Source: Candidatus Bathyarchaeota archaeon
Lineage (GTDB): Archaea > Thermoproteota > Bathyarchaeia > Bathyarchaeales > Bathyarchaeaceae
NCBI GenBank assembly: GCA_037386325.1
Contig: JARRMB010000008.1
Span: 4,436-68,435 of the forward strand
Length of the DNA stretch: 64,000 bases
Direction: 5' to 3'
The notes below the pieces were generated by a model. It was not told the origin of the DNA and did not search any database. It worked only from the letters and a program-made list of their open reading frames with translations. The position numbers were made by a program, and so were the translations under genes. Shown piece after piece: positions 1 to 9,569 of the stretch; position 1 is the stretch's first letter, and every line of letters starts with the position of its first letter.

Positions 1-133
1 GAAAAAAGGTGTACTTGTATTAGATGCGGGAAGGAATGTTGTTCGATTTTTACCACCTCTAGTTATCGATCAAAAGCAAATCGATAAAGTAGTTAATGTT
101 CTGGATGAGGTCATGGAGCAGGAGAATAGATGA
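1..133 (+). CDS. argD: Acetylornithine / LysW-lysine aminotransferase, C-terminal end (5' part lies outside the window)
   Basis: Frame starting at nt 2 reads KKGVLVLDAGRNVVRFLPPLVIDQKQIDKVVNVLDEVMEQENR*. This matches the conserved G-x-NV(I/V)R-x-LPPL-x-I C-terminus of class III ArgD/LysJ aminotransferases. The TGA stop overlaps the next ATG (ATGA). Confidence 0.6.
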   Translation, partial: KKGVLVLDAGRNVVRFLPPLVIDQKQIDKVVNVLDEVMEQENR

Positions 134-1251
134 ACAAAGAGTATGCAGTCAATTTATTGACTCGCATGATTAAAATTTATAGTCCATCAGGAAATGAAGA
201 AGAAATTTCTGTTTTCTTAGCAGAAGAGATGAAAAAACTAGGCTTTGTTGTTCATAGAGACAAGGTGGGAAACGTCATTGGAGAAATTGGAAATGGAAAC
301 CCCGTTGTTCTATTATGTGGACATATGGATACAGTAGAAGGAGAAATACCAGTTCGCATCGAGGACGGACAATTATATGGTAGAGGTTCAGTGGATGCAA
401 AGGGTCCTTTGGCTGCAATGATTGTAGCTGCATCCAAATTTGTGAAATCTAATTATCCAGGAAAGATTCTAGTTGTTGGCGTTGTTGATGAAGAAAAAGG
501 AGGAACAGGAATCCAACATTTTGTAGAAGAGGGCATCCAACCTGATTACGCTATTTTTGGTGAACCAAGTGGATTAGAAAAGGTTGTTTTTGGTTATAAG
601 GGAATTTTAACAGTTAAAGTTACAGTTGAAACACCTTCGGGTCATTCTGCTGCTCCTTGGCTTTTCGATAATGCCATTGAAAAGGCAATGGACTTTTGGA
701 AGCAAATAAATAGGCTTCATTTACGTGAAGAGAAGTTAAAGAGTCGCTTTTACTCCATTACTTCGTGTTTAACTGGAATAAAAGGTGGTAACACTTCTGG
801 TTCATTTATTCCGTCTAATTGTGAAATACTTGTTCAACTTCGTATTCCACCTCAGTTAACTCCTGAACAAGTTTTTGAAGAGGTAAAACGAAAGATCGAC
901 AGATACAAAGCAACTAATCCAAAAGTTACAGTTACTTTAGAACAAATGGACGTTGCTAAAGCATTTGAGGCAGATCGCAGATCTGTTATTGTCCGTGCAC
1001 TTGCATGGGGAATAAGGAAAACGACACTAAATTATGCTTCTTTCTCAAGAAAAACCGGTACAGGAGATATGAATGTTCTAGGTAATGCTTTAAAGATTCC
1101 AGTAGTGACATATGGACCAGGAGATTCAACTCTGGATCACACACCAAATGAACACATCGATATCCAAGAGTATACAGATAGTATAGAAGTTTTGAAAAAA
1201 ACATTAACTAAACTGCCGGATTTTGCTAAACGTAGAGCAAAAAATAATTAA
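130..1251 (+). CDS. lysK: M20-family deacylase: acetylornithine deacetylase / [LysW]-lysine hydrolase
   Basis: 373 aa. N-terminus is IYSPSGNEEEIS...LLCGHMDTV...GRGSVDAKGPLAAM, typical of M20 ArgE/LysK. Translationally coupled to the upstream aminotransferase. Confidence 0.75.
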   Translation: MNKEYAVNLLTRMIKIYSPSGNEEEISVFLAEEMKKLGFVVHRDKVGNVIGEIGNGNPVVLLCGHMDTVEGEIPVRIEDGQLYGRGSVDAKGPLAAMIVAASKFVKSNYPGKILVVGVVDEEKGGTGIQHFVEEGIQPDYAIFGEPSGLEKVVFGYKGILTVKVTVETPSGHSAAPWLFDNAIEKAMDFWKQINRLHLREEKLKSRFYSITSCLTGIKGGNTSGSFIPSNCEILVQLRIPPQLTPEQVFEEVKRKIDRYKATNPKVTVTLEQMDVAKAFEADRRSVIVRALAWGIRKTTLNYASFSRKTGTGDMNVLGNALKIPVVTYGPGDSTLDHTPNEHIDIQEYTDSIEVLKKTLTKLPDFAKRRAKNN

Positions 1252-1661
1252 TTTCGGTAAGTTGGTAGCCTAATCAAATGTAGTGTCACTCCACCCGCAA
1301 TTACGAATAAAATTATCTGAACTAACAATATGTGTATTATGAAAATAGATGAGACAGTAATTGAAGCCCATAGTACGATAATTGCAAAGATTTTCGTTTT
1401 TATTGGTATACCTTTCCCTTCTCTGTAATTTCGGATATATTTTCCAAAATACTTGTTGTTTAGTATCCAGTGAGTCATTCGAGTCGAACTTCTCAGATAA
1501 CAAGCTAAAGAAAGAAGTAAAAATGGAGTTGTGGGTAATATAGGTAAAACAATTCCAATAGCTCCAAGAACAAGAGAAATAGTTCCAAGAACAAAAAAGA
1601 ATCCCCGAACAATCTTTTGGTGAGCACTTGTTTCCTTGGTTGTTTTGAGTTCCTGTCGCAT
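1248..1661 (-). CDS. DUF454 / YbaN-family inner membrane protein
   Basis: 137 aa. Has the GxxGxxLPxLPTTPFLLL motif followed by further TM helices, as in YbaN. The overlapping 1270..1683 ORF in another frame looks like a shadow. Confidence 0.7.
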   Translation of the reverse strand: MRQELKTTKETSAHQKIVRGFFFVLGTISLVLGAIGIVLPILPTTPFLLLSLACYLRSSTRMTHWILNNKYFGKYIRNYREGKGIPIKTKIFAIIVLWASITVSSIFIIHILLVQIILFVIAGGVTLHLIRLPTYRN

Positions 1662-1745
1662 GATGGACTGAGGTTTTTGTCAATATTAAAATATTTTCTT
1701 TTGTGGTAAACTGTTTTATTTTGGGTTTGCTTCCAGATATTTACG

Positions 1746-2585
1746 GTGAATTATGTGAAGGCTGCTTTTCAAGGCGAACTTGGAGCATACAGTGAGATGG
1801 CAGTTTACAATTTTTTTGGTCAAAATATTGAGGTTAAACCTTGTAAAAGCTTCGACGATGTCTTTGAAAATGTAAAAATTGGTAAAGTCAATTACGGAGT
1901 TGTTCCAATTGAAAATTCAATAGAAGGCAGCGTAAACCGAACTTATGATCTTTTTTTGGAATACGACCTGAAAGTCTGTGGTGAGATAATAATTAGAGTC
2001 AGTCACTGTCTAATTGCTCACAAGAACAGCAAACTAGAACAAATAAAAACGGTGTTCAGTCATCCTCAAGCTTTAGCCCAATGTCGAAAATTCTTAGAGA
2101 AACATAATTTGAAGGCAATATCCACTTTTGATACAGCTGGCAGTGTAAAAATGATCAAGGAAGAAAAAATGATGGACTCTGCTGCCATCGCCAGCGAAAG
2201 AGCTGCACAAATTTATGATATGACCATATTGGAACGAGAAATAGAAGATGTAAAAAATAATTCTACTAGATTTTTTGTTCTAGATAAACAAGATTCACCA
2301 TATTCAGGAGAAGATAAAACTTCGATAATCTTTGCAGCTAAATCGATTCCTGGAGCATTGCATAAAGTTTTGAAAGAGTTTGCAGATAGAAACATAAATT
2401 TAACTAAAATTGAATCTCGACCAACAAAACAAACACCATGGGAATACCATTTCTATTTGGACTTTGAGGGACATCGAACTGAAACAAAATGTCAGGAAGC
2501 ATTGAAAAACATAAAAGACAAAACATTATTTATAAAAATATTAGGTTCATACAAAGCAGCTGAAAAAACCCAAATTAAACTTTAA
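1746..2585 (+). CDS. pheA: Prephenate dehydratase
   Basis: 279 aa. GELGAYSE...YGVVPIENSIEGSV catalytic domain plus a C-terminal ACT domain (NLTKIESRPTK). GTG start in the ORF track. Confidence 0.9.
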   Translation: MNYVKAAFQGELGAYSEMAVYNFFGQNIEVKPCKSFDDVFENVKIGKVNYGVVPIENSIEGSVNRTYDLFLEYDLKVCGEIIIRVSHCLIAHKNSKLEQIKTVFSHPQALAQCRKFLEKHNLKAISTFDTAGSVKMIKEEKMMDSAAIASERAAQIYDMTILEREIEDVKNNSTRFFVLDKQDSPYSGEDKTSIIFAAKSIPGALHKVLKEFADRNINLTKIESRPTKQTPWEYHFYLDFEGHRTETKCQEALKNIKDKTLFIKILGSYKAAEKTQIKL

Positions 2586-3451
2586 AAATTGCCCATAATT
2601 CTATACATCGCTTTGTAAGCATTTTCATATTCAGGATCTAGCTCTTTCAACCGTTTTTTAACTTGCCCCATCTTAGAAGCAAAACCTTGGCAATCTTTAT
2701 TTTTGACTAACTGAAGCCATTCTTCAATTTTATTCAAGAAAATATTCTCAATTTTTTCTATCTCAGGCAGACTCATATGTAGATTCGAATAGAAAGTCTG
2801 CTCCTCAGAAGAAACAGCTTCAACCAAAGTCAACAATAATTTGTATGTTGCTCCACCTACAGATTTTGCCTCTGAAAAATCATTTCTGTCTCCAAGAGTA
2901 TCACCAGCAACTAAACCAACAAAATGAGGAAAACCTAAAACTAAGGACATTAACATATCATGCTTTTTTGGAGTCATAACAGATACAGAGGCACCCCGTT
3001 CTTCTAACCATCTTTTGAATTTCTTAGCAAACTGTATTTCATTTTCTTTTATCGGAGTTAAAACATAATTTTGACCTACAAGATTTTTTGCTCCAGGACC
3101 AAAAACTGGATGAGTTCCTAAAGTTATTGCACTCTTTACATGTTTATGCATAAGATTTAGAGGAATTTCTTTGATCGAACTAATATCCATAATAACCTGA
3201 TTTTGTTTTACATAAGAACCGATCTCAGTTAATACTGTATCTAGACTATCCAATGAAACACATAACAAAATCCAATCAGCATCTTCTAGAGCTTCAACAT
3301 TGTTATTGGCTAAATCAACATCAAACTTATTTTCTAAAGCTTTGAGTTTATTTTTAGTTCTGCTTGATACAACTACAGAAAATCCTTCTTCATGAAAATA
3401 TTTTGTGAACCATTGCCCCATTTTTCCTGCGCCAATAATTGCTACTCTCAA
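2582..3451 (-). CDS. tyrA: Prephenate dehydrogenase
   Basis: 289 aa. N-terminal Rossmann motif IIGAGKMG and the THPVFGPG motif typical of TyrA. Confidence 0.8.
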   Translation of the reverse strand: MRVAIIGAGKMGQWFTKYFHEEGFSVVVSSRTKNKLKALENKFDVDLANNNVEALEDADWILLCVSLDSLDTVLTEIGSYVKQNQVIMDISSIKEIPLNLMHKHVKSAITLGTHPVFGPGAKNLVGQNYVLTPIKENEIQFAKKFKRWLEERGASVSVMTPKKHDMLMSLVLGFPHFVGLVAGDTLGDRNDFSEAKSVGGATYKLLLTLVEAVSSEEQTFYSNLHMSLPEIEKIENIFLNKIEEWLQLVKNKDCQGFASKMGQVKKRLKELDPEYENAYKAMYRIMGNF

Positions 3452-4521
3452 GGTAGAGCCTCACACAACGTCTCCAATCCTCTTTTGATTTTGTCTTCTC
3501 CACAAGTTAATGCTATTCTAAAGTATTGTTTATAGTCTCCAAAAGCAGTTCCTGGAGCAATAGCCACACCCTTATCTAAGAGGTCTAAAGCAAACCGTTC
3601 TGAATCCAAATTTTCAACTTTAGGGAATAAATAAAATGGCGCATCAGGACGAGAAAATTGCATTTTTGTCTTTGAAAGAACACTGTAAGCCGTATCGGCT
3701 CTAATCTTAAACGTTCTTCGTATATTATCTGCAATCCTTTTTCTAGATTCCAAACCCTTTAAGGCACCATATTGGATAAATGCCGGAACACAAGTTGTGG
3801 TAATCTGATTAAATTTAATCATCTTCTTTGCAAGGTCTTTTTCAACAATTGCATATCCTATTCTCCAACCAGTCATCAAAAATGATTTTGAAAATCCACT
3901 CACCAATATATTGCCTTCCCCAAAATCTAAGATAGATTTGGTTTTAACAAAACTAATATCAGAATACACTTCATCGGATAAAATGGTGACACCTTTGCTG
4001 TTAGCTATTTCAACAATTTCTCCAAAAATTTTTTCGTCAAGAACTCTGCTTGTTGGGTTATTGGGACTGTTGAGTATTATTAACTTGGTTCTGTCATCAA
4101 TCAATTTTTCAAGTTTTTCAATATTTGGTTTCCAATCAGATTCAATGTCACTATTTAATGTGCGGAAGTCTATTCCAAAATTTTTTGCTTGCAATTCATA
4201 ACTGGTCCAATGAGGTGAAGGAACAACAATATTATCACCTTTCTTTAATAGAATAGACATTAAAGAGAAAATTGCCCATTTTGAACCTGTAGTTACCACA
4301 ACATTGTCCAAAGAAACGTTGTGAATACTTGCCAGTTCTTCTCGTAATTTCTTTTCTCCAGCAGCAGAGGAATATTTCGTCTTTCCTTGTTTCATGGCTT
4401 CATAGGCTGCTTCAATTATTTCAGGTGGTGTTGGTAGATCTGGATCACCTAGATTAAATTTTATGATACTTTTTCCTTGATTCTCAAGTTGTATCGCTTT
4501 TTCGCTTATTTCATATAACAT
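3448..4521 (-). CDS. Class I/II PLP aminotransferase (aspartate/aromatic type)
   Basis: 357 aa. NSPNNPT, SDEVY and SGFSKSFLMTGWRIGY (PLP-lysine region) motifs. Sits inside the aromatic amino acid cluster. Confidence 0.85.
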   Translation of the reverse strand: MLYEISEKAIQLENQGKSIIKFNLGDPDLPTPPEIIEAAYEAMKQGKTKYSSAAGEKKLREELASIHNVSLDNVVVTTGSKWAIFSLMSILLKKGDNIVVPSPHWTSYELQAKNFGIDFRTLNSDIESDWKPNIEKLEKLIDDRTKLIILNSPNNPTSRVLDEKIFGEIVEIANSKGVTILSDEVYSDISFVKTKSILDFGEGNILVSGFSKSFLMTGWRIGYAIVEKDLAKKMIKFNQITTTCVPAFIQYGALKGLESRKRIADNIRRTFKIRADTAYSVLSKTKMQFSRPDAPFYLFPKVENLDSERFALDLLDKGVAIAPGTAFGDYKQYFRIALTCGEDKIKRGLETLCEALP

Positions 4522-4592
4522 GGCTACTCAACATCCAGAAACTATTGGAATTAACTTTTTTTAAAGAGTGTTTAATTGTGCTTTAAATCTTA

Positions 4593-4898
4593 TTATTCGG
4601 CACCTTGAACGAAGACACTTAATGCAATTATTTCTTTGAAGATAGCTTCAACCTTTTGTGGATCAAGTCCAGATTCTAATGCTTTTGACATTATATGTAA
4701 GTAAACTTCATCTTCTCTTCTGCGGTCTTTAACCGAAATTCCAAGTTCACGTTTAACATTTCCTATGTCTTTACACAAATCCATCCGTTCTTTTAATAAA
4801 AGAACAATTTTTTCATCAATAACGTCAATCTTTCGTCTTATCGTCACAATATTCTTCAATAACTTCAACTCCCAAAACTTTTGGTATAAAACCTCCAC
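4593..4898 (-). CDS. Chorismate mutase (AroQ type)
   Basis: IRRKIDVIDEKIVLLLKERMDLCKDIG...DRRREDEV is the AroQ helical signature. The listed start overlaps aroC by 74 nt. An internal GTG or TTG just upstream of TIRRKID is the more likely start. Confidence 0.8.
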   Translation of the reverse strand: MEVLYQKFWELKLLKNIVTIRRKIDVIDEKIVLLLKERMDLCKDIGNVKRELGISVKDRRREDEVYLHIMSKALESGLDPQKVEAIFKEIIALSVFVQGAE

Positions 4899-5964
4899 GA
4901 ATTAGATGATCTACTAAAATAGAAGCAACTGCGGCTTCAACAACTGGTACAGCTTTTGGAACTATACAGGGATCATGTCTACCACTTATGGTGATAGATG
5001 TTTCCTCATTTGTCGAGATATCAACCGTCTTTTGTTTTTTCGAAATTGATGGAGTAGGTTTAACTGCTAATCTAACTACTAAAGGCATTCCTGAGGATAA
5101 TCCCCCTAGAATCCCACCACAGTTGTTGGTTATGGTTTCAATTTCACCATTTTTAACAGAATATAAATCGTTATTTTCTGATCCACGTAATTTTGAAGCT
5201 TTAAAACCTAATCCAAATTCTACACCTTTTATCGCAGGTATGTCAAAAAGCATTTTTGCAATATCAGCATCGAGAGAATCAAATATAGGTTCTCCAACTC
5301 CAACAGGTAGGTTTAAAGCAATACATTCGATAATTCCTCCAAAGCTGTCTCCTTCCTTCTTTGCTTTCAAAATATTATGCACCATCTCCTTTGATAGATC
5401 AAGGTCGGGACATCTTACAGAACTTTTGTAAGTATTTGTTCGAATATTATTGATAGACAAATCTTTCTTAAGTTTAACATTTCCAATCTCAGACGTATAG
5501 GCTAAGATTTCAACACCAAAGAAATCTAGAAGTTTTTTAGCTACAGCACCGGCTATAATAAACGCAACAGTTAATCTACCTGAGAATCTTCCCCCTCCAC
5601 GGTAATCTGCAAATCCCATATATTTAATTCTAGCAGGATAATCTGCGTGTCCAGGTCTAGGCTTATCTTTAATCAAATCATAATCGGAAGAGATTACCGA
5701 TTTATTCCATACCAAAGCGCAAATTGGGGCACCTGTAGTAAAACCCTCATAAATCCCAGAAAGAAGCTCAACAATATCTTTTTCTCTTCTTGAAGATACA
5801 ATTTCTTGATTAGCAGGTAACCTTTTGTCAATTTCATTCTGAATATCACTTTCAGCTATAGGAAGACCTGCTGGACATCCATCGATCACTACTCCAATAC
5901 ATCTACCGTGACTTTCACCGAAACAGGTTACAACAAACTCTTTTCCTATCGAGTTAGCTCCCAA
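4825..5964 (-). CDS. aroC: Chorismate synthase
   Basis: 379 aa. FGESHG...GHADY...GGGRFSGR...GRHDPC motifs. Confidence 0.95.
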   Translation of the reverse strand: MGANSIGKEFVVTCFGESHGRCIGVVIDGCPAGLPIAESDIQNEIDKRLPANQEIVSSRREKDIVELLSGIYEGFTTGAPICALVWNKSVISSDYDLIKDKPRPGHADYPARIKYMGFADYRGGGRFSGRLTVAFIIAGAVAKKLLDFFGVEILAYTSEIGNVKLKKDLSINNIRTNTYKSSVRCPDLDLSKEMVHNILKAKKEGDSFGGIIECIALNLPVGVGEPIFDSLDADIAKMLFDIPAIKGVEFGLGFKASKLRGSENNDLYSVKNGEIETITNNCGGILGGLSSGMPLVVRLAVKPTPSISKKQKTVDISTNEETSITISGRHDPCIVPKAVPVVEAAVASILVDHLIRGGFIPKVLGVEVIEEYCDDKTKD

Positions 5965-7225
5965 TCAAGTTCACTCCTAAAACTTTCATATCATTAAAGA
6001 AGTTTGGATAGGACTTATTTATGCATTCAACATTTTGAATTTTTGTTTTTCCTTTGACTCCGAGAGCGGCTACAGCACAAGCCATCGCTATTCTGTGGTC
6101 ATTATGAGAATCGATAATTGTACCATGTAAATCAGATGAACCTGTTATGATTAAACCATCTTCTTTTTGTGTTATGTTAGCTCCCATTTTTTTCAGTTCT
6201 CTATACATTGAATCAAGTCGATCTGATTCTTTGTACCTGAGCCTATGGGCATGAAAAATTTCCGTTGTTCCATGAGCATAACAAGCAAGGACAGCACATA
6301 TAGGAACTAAATCTGGGATATCTTTTGCATCTATATCAACCGCAGATAATTGATTTCCCTCAAAAGTGATAAAATCATTTCCTACAGTTATTAATCCCCC
6401 CATGTCACCTAATATTTCCAATATTGCAATATCACCCTGAGATGTGTTATAATTAAGATTCTTTACTGTAATTTTTGATGAAGTTATTGCTGCTGCAGCA
6501 AAAAGAAAAGCTGCTGAAGAAAAATCTCCTGGAACAACGTGATCACAAGGAGAATAATTTTGGTTTGAAGGAATCCATAATTTAGAAAGATTGGGATTAA
6601 TCGATCCTTCTAACCCATGTTCAACTAGTACTTCAAGTGTCATTTCTACATATCCTTTAGATTCTAAAGGAGTGGAAATAGATATTTCAGTGTCTTTTTT
6701 TGCCTTTGGACAAGCAAATAATAATCCAGAAATAAACTGGGAACTTATATCACCTCTAATGGAAGTTCTTCCACCATTGATTCCTCCCCCACAAACTGAA
6801 ACCGAATTTTTATTAACAGTAGATTCTGCACCTAGGTCCTGTAGACTTCTAAGAAGAGGGGTAATAGGTCTATTCTCAAATGAGGCCCCAAATAGGAAAC
6901 TAGATGGACCAGAGGCAAGAGCTGCAACAGGAATCATGAACCGAAGAGTTGATCCAGATTCCCTACAATCTACAACATCAGATGGAGTTGTAACTGATTC
7001 TTGACCATAAATTGTCCAATAATTTTCATTTATTTCAGTTTTTACACCAAAAGCATTTACTGCTCTTAAAGTAGCCTGCGTATCTTCTGAAACTAATGGA
7101 TTCAATACTTTAGATACTCCATTTGAGAGTGATGAAGCAATTAACATTCGATGAGTATACGCTTTTGAGGGAGGAGCTGAAACAGAACCACTAATACTTT
7201 CCGTTTTCCCAATTACGATATCCAT
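5954..7225 (-). CDS. aroA: 3-phosphoshikimate 1-carboxyvinyltransferase (EPSP synthase)
   Basis: 423 aa. PPSKAYTHR, ESGSTLRF and DHRIAMA motifs. Confidence 0.95.
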   Translation of the reverse strand: MDIVIGKTESISGSVSAPPSKAYTHRMLIASSLSNGVSKVLNPLVSEDTQATLRAVNAFGVKTEINENYWTIYGQESVTTPSDVVDCRESGSTLRFMIPVAALASGPSSFLFGASFENRPITPLLRSLQDLGAESTVNKNSVSVCGGGINGGRTSIRGDISSQFISGLLFACPKAKKDTEISISTPLESKGYVEMTLEVLVEHGLEGSINPNLSKLWIPSNQNYSPCDHVVPGDFSSAAFLFAAAAITSSKITVKNLNYNTSQGDIAILEILGDMGGLITVGNDFITFEGNQLSAVDIDAKDIPDLVPICAVLACYAHGTTEIFHAHRLRYKESDRLDSMYRELKKMGANITQKEDGLIITGSSDLHGTIIDSHNDHRIAMACAVAALGVKGKTKIQNVECINKSYPNFFNDMKVLGVNLIGS

Positions 7226-7231
7226 ATTTAT

Positions 7232-7930
7232 CTACCCAACTATTCTTGCTTTCTCGGTATTAATACGAGTCTCAATTATTTCTCCCTCAAGTTTCGTCCA
7301 AGATTCTTTAACCGAAGTCACTTTTTTCTCTGGAACTATAGCACAAACTGCTGGCCCAGTTCCAGAAAGACCAGAGGCAAGAGCCCCTGCACTTAAGGCA
7401 TCTATTGCAGGTGATGGATCATATCCCAACGTTGATGAGTATATCAATCCGTTCAGAGTTAAAGCTGCCCAATAATTTCCTTTCAAAGCCTCATTATATG
7501 CAACTTTAACAACAGAAGCTACACTCTTTATACGAGTAATGTTTGATTTTATTGTATAATTCTTTTCTGAAGGAACATAAAATAAAACAAATGGTTTTTC
7601 AGTCAGTTCGAAGCGTTTGACAATTTTCCTTTGTATATTATCAGTTATCACTATTCCACCAAAATATGATGCGCTGGCATCATCAAAAGCACCCGTTATG
7701 GAAACTTTTGCGTCTAATGCACTATCAACACCCAAATTTACGATTAACTGATCATCTAAATTTTGTTTTAAGGCAGCAATTGTAGCCAAAGCAATAGCAT
7801 TCGCTGCGGCACTACTACTTTTCATTCCTCTTGCTACAGGAATTGTAGAAACTGTTTCAACTTTAACGCCATACTTTTTTTCTAAACCAAAATAGCATAA
7901 AATTCTATCAACAGAGTAGCTTTTGTCCAC
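7232..7930 (-). CDS. aroK: Archaeal GHMP-type shikimate kinase, major C-terminal part (gene appears frameshifted)
   Basis: IPVARGMKSSSAAANA (GHMP motif II), TGAFDDASASYFGG and GLSGTGPA. The expected N-terminus (MNAKAEAISHGAATIINAIATGKGAAIGVDLWTK) is encoded at 8022..~7915 in a different frame. It starts with a TTG that overlaps the aroE stop (TTGA). Confidence 0.85.
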   Translation of the reverse strand: MDKSYSVDRILCYFGLEKKYGVKVETVSTIPVARGMKSSSAAANAIALATIAALKQNLDDQLIVNLGVDSALDAKVSITGAFDDASASYFGGIVITDNIQRKIVKRFELTEKPFVLFYVPSEKNYTIKSNITRIKSVASVVKVAYNEALKGNYWAALTLNGLIYSSTLGYDPSPAIDALSAGALASGLSGTGPAVCAIVPEKKVTSVKESWTKLEGEIIETRINTEKARIVG

Positions 7931-8018
7931 AAATCAACGCCTATAGCTGCCCCTTTACCTGTTGCTATTGCATTAATTATTGTAGCCGCACCATGAGAAA
8001 TTGCTTCGGCTTTCGCAT

Positions 8019-8885
8019 TCAAGGAGCTGCCCTCTTTTTATTAAGTTGGTCTAATATAGCGGTTCTCATTACCTTAATGGGGGCTTGATAACCAGTCCAG
8101 ATTTCAAAAGCAATAGCTCCTTGATAAATTAACATTTCAAGTCCAGAAACAATCCTTGCACCAACAGCCTCAGCATCCTTTAGTAATCTTGTTTTTGTTG
8201 GATTATAAACGATATCCATTACATCCAAATCAGAACGTAGGTATTCAGAGGGGACTGGACTTTTTTCAGCGTCTGGATTCATACCCACTGAGGTAGCATT
8301 AATTAATAAATCCGCTGTTGATAATTCTTCCATAAGAACATTAGGGGAAAGAATCCGAGCGTTAATTTTAATTCCTGAATTTTTTAGCATTTCTGCTAAT
8401 TTTTTTGCTTTATAAATGGTTCTATTGAGAATAACGAGCTCTTTAACATCTTGGCTTACCTGATGGGCTATTGCTTTTGCTGCACCCCCAGCTCCCAAAA
8501 GCACAAGTTTTTTCTTTTCGGGGTAAATTTGATTTTCTTTCAGTGCAAGTGTTACACCACTTCCGTCAGTGTTGTAACCAATTAGCTTTCCTTTTTGATT
8601 AGAAACGGTATTAACTGCATTGATAGATTTAGCCACACTATCCAAGTTATCCAAATATTTGATAACAGCATTCTTGTGAGGCATAGTTATGTTTAATCCC
8701 CGAATTCCTAAACTCTTTGCACCCAAAATTGCTGCCTTCAAGTTTTGGACCTTAACTGTGAAAGCTACATACACAAAGTTTAAATCTAATTCCTCAAAAG
8801 CTGCGTTATGCATGACTGGGCTAAGCGAATGTTTTATTGGATCACCTATTATTGCACAGATGTTTGTTTTTCCGTTTATTCTCAT
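8019..8885 (-). CDS. aroE: Shikimate dehydrogenase
   Basis: 288 aa. IGDPIKHSLSP, NITMPHK and GAGGAAKA motifs. Confidence 0.9.
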   Translation of the reverse strand: MRINGKTNICAIIGDPIKHSLSPVMHNAAFEELDLNFVYVAFTVKVQNLKAAILGAKSLGIRGLNITMPHKNAVIKYLDNLDSVAKSINAVNTVSNQKGKLIGYNTDGSGVTLALKENQIYPEKKKLVLLGAGGAAKAIAHQVSQDVKELVILNRTIYKAKKLAEMLKNSGIKINARILSPNVLMEELSTADLLINATSVGMNPDAEKSPVPSEYLRSDLDVMDIVYNPTKTRLLKDAEAVGARIVSGLEMLIYQGAIAFEIWTGYQAPIKVMRTAILDQLNKKRAAP

Positions 8886-9569
8886 TTATTTTAGCCCCAA
8901 AGTCTCATATGCTAGATTCATTTCTTGAAGAGTCAATTGACCTTCTGCAGTTTTTCGTTTTTTATCAAGAGAGGCAAATGTAAAATAAGCACCAAACAAA
9001 GGAGACACTAATCTGGAATGTTTTCCAAATTCACCCATTGCAAAACAAACTATTTTGATTTTCTTAGAAGCCTCAGAAATAAAATTCAATATTAATAGAT
9101 TATCTTTCATATTTTGAGCGGTTGTTATTATCTTACAAATATCAGCTTGCAAAACAATCATTTCATTAAGAATAATATTCAATTCGGATAAAGAAGGCGT
9201 GTTTATAAAATCATGGTAAGAAACAATAACTTTTGTTCCATGTTCATGTAAGTTAGAAATTAATTTTGCTTGATTCTGAATTCCAAGATCCACATCAACA
9301 TATTCAAACCCGTTTTTAGCTGCTTCAATCAAAATATTTTGACGTTCAAACTCACTTCCAGAAAATGTACCATGTTGTTCTACAGATTTATTAGTAGCAA
9401 TTAAGGGTATTTTTGTGTAAGAAGAGATTTCATTTACACGATTGAATTCTTCTAGATAATCCAACCTAATTTCAATAAAATCAGGATTTAGAGTTTCAGC
9501 TTTTCGAATTAAATTAATACATTCGTCAATAGTTTTTGATGGAAGTGATAGGCAAACTCTGATTGTCAA
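8886..9569 (-). CDS. aroD: 3-dehydroquinate dehydratase, type I
   Basis: 227 aa. Type I AroD length and layout (D..E.R.D early, ..SYHDF.. later), in aro cluster context. Confidence 0.85.
   Translation of the reverse strand: MTIRVCLSLPSKTIDECINLIRKAETLNPDFIEIRLDYLEEFNRVNEISSYTKIPLIATNKSVEQHGTFSGSEFERQNILIEAAKNGFEYVDVDLGIQNQAKLISNLHEHGTKVIVSYHDFINTPSLSELNIILNEMIVLQADICKIITTAQNMKDNLLILNFISEASKKIKIVCFAMGEFGKHSRLVSPLFGAYFTFASLDKKRKTAEGQLTLQEMNLAYETLGLK

Noticed and set aside
4988-7004. Long antisense ORFs inside aroC and aroA (147 aa and 137 aa). Similar ones lie inside rfbA (47249-47680), MFS (38001-38324), carboxypeptidase (32757-33071), lysC, glyA, fae-hps and others.
   Set aside because: These are shadow ORFs opposite well-supported genes. 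Their sequences are low-complexity or compositionally biased and carry no motifs. Such open antisense frames recur throughout this window.
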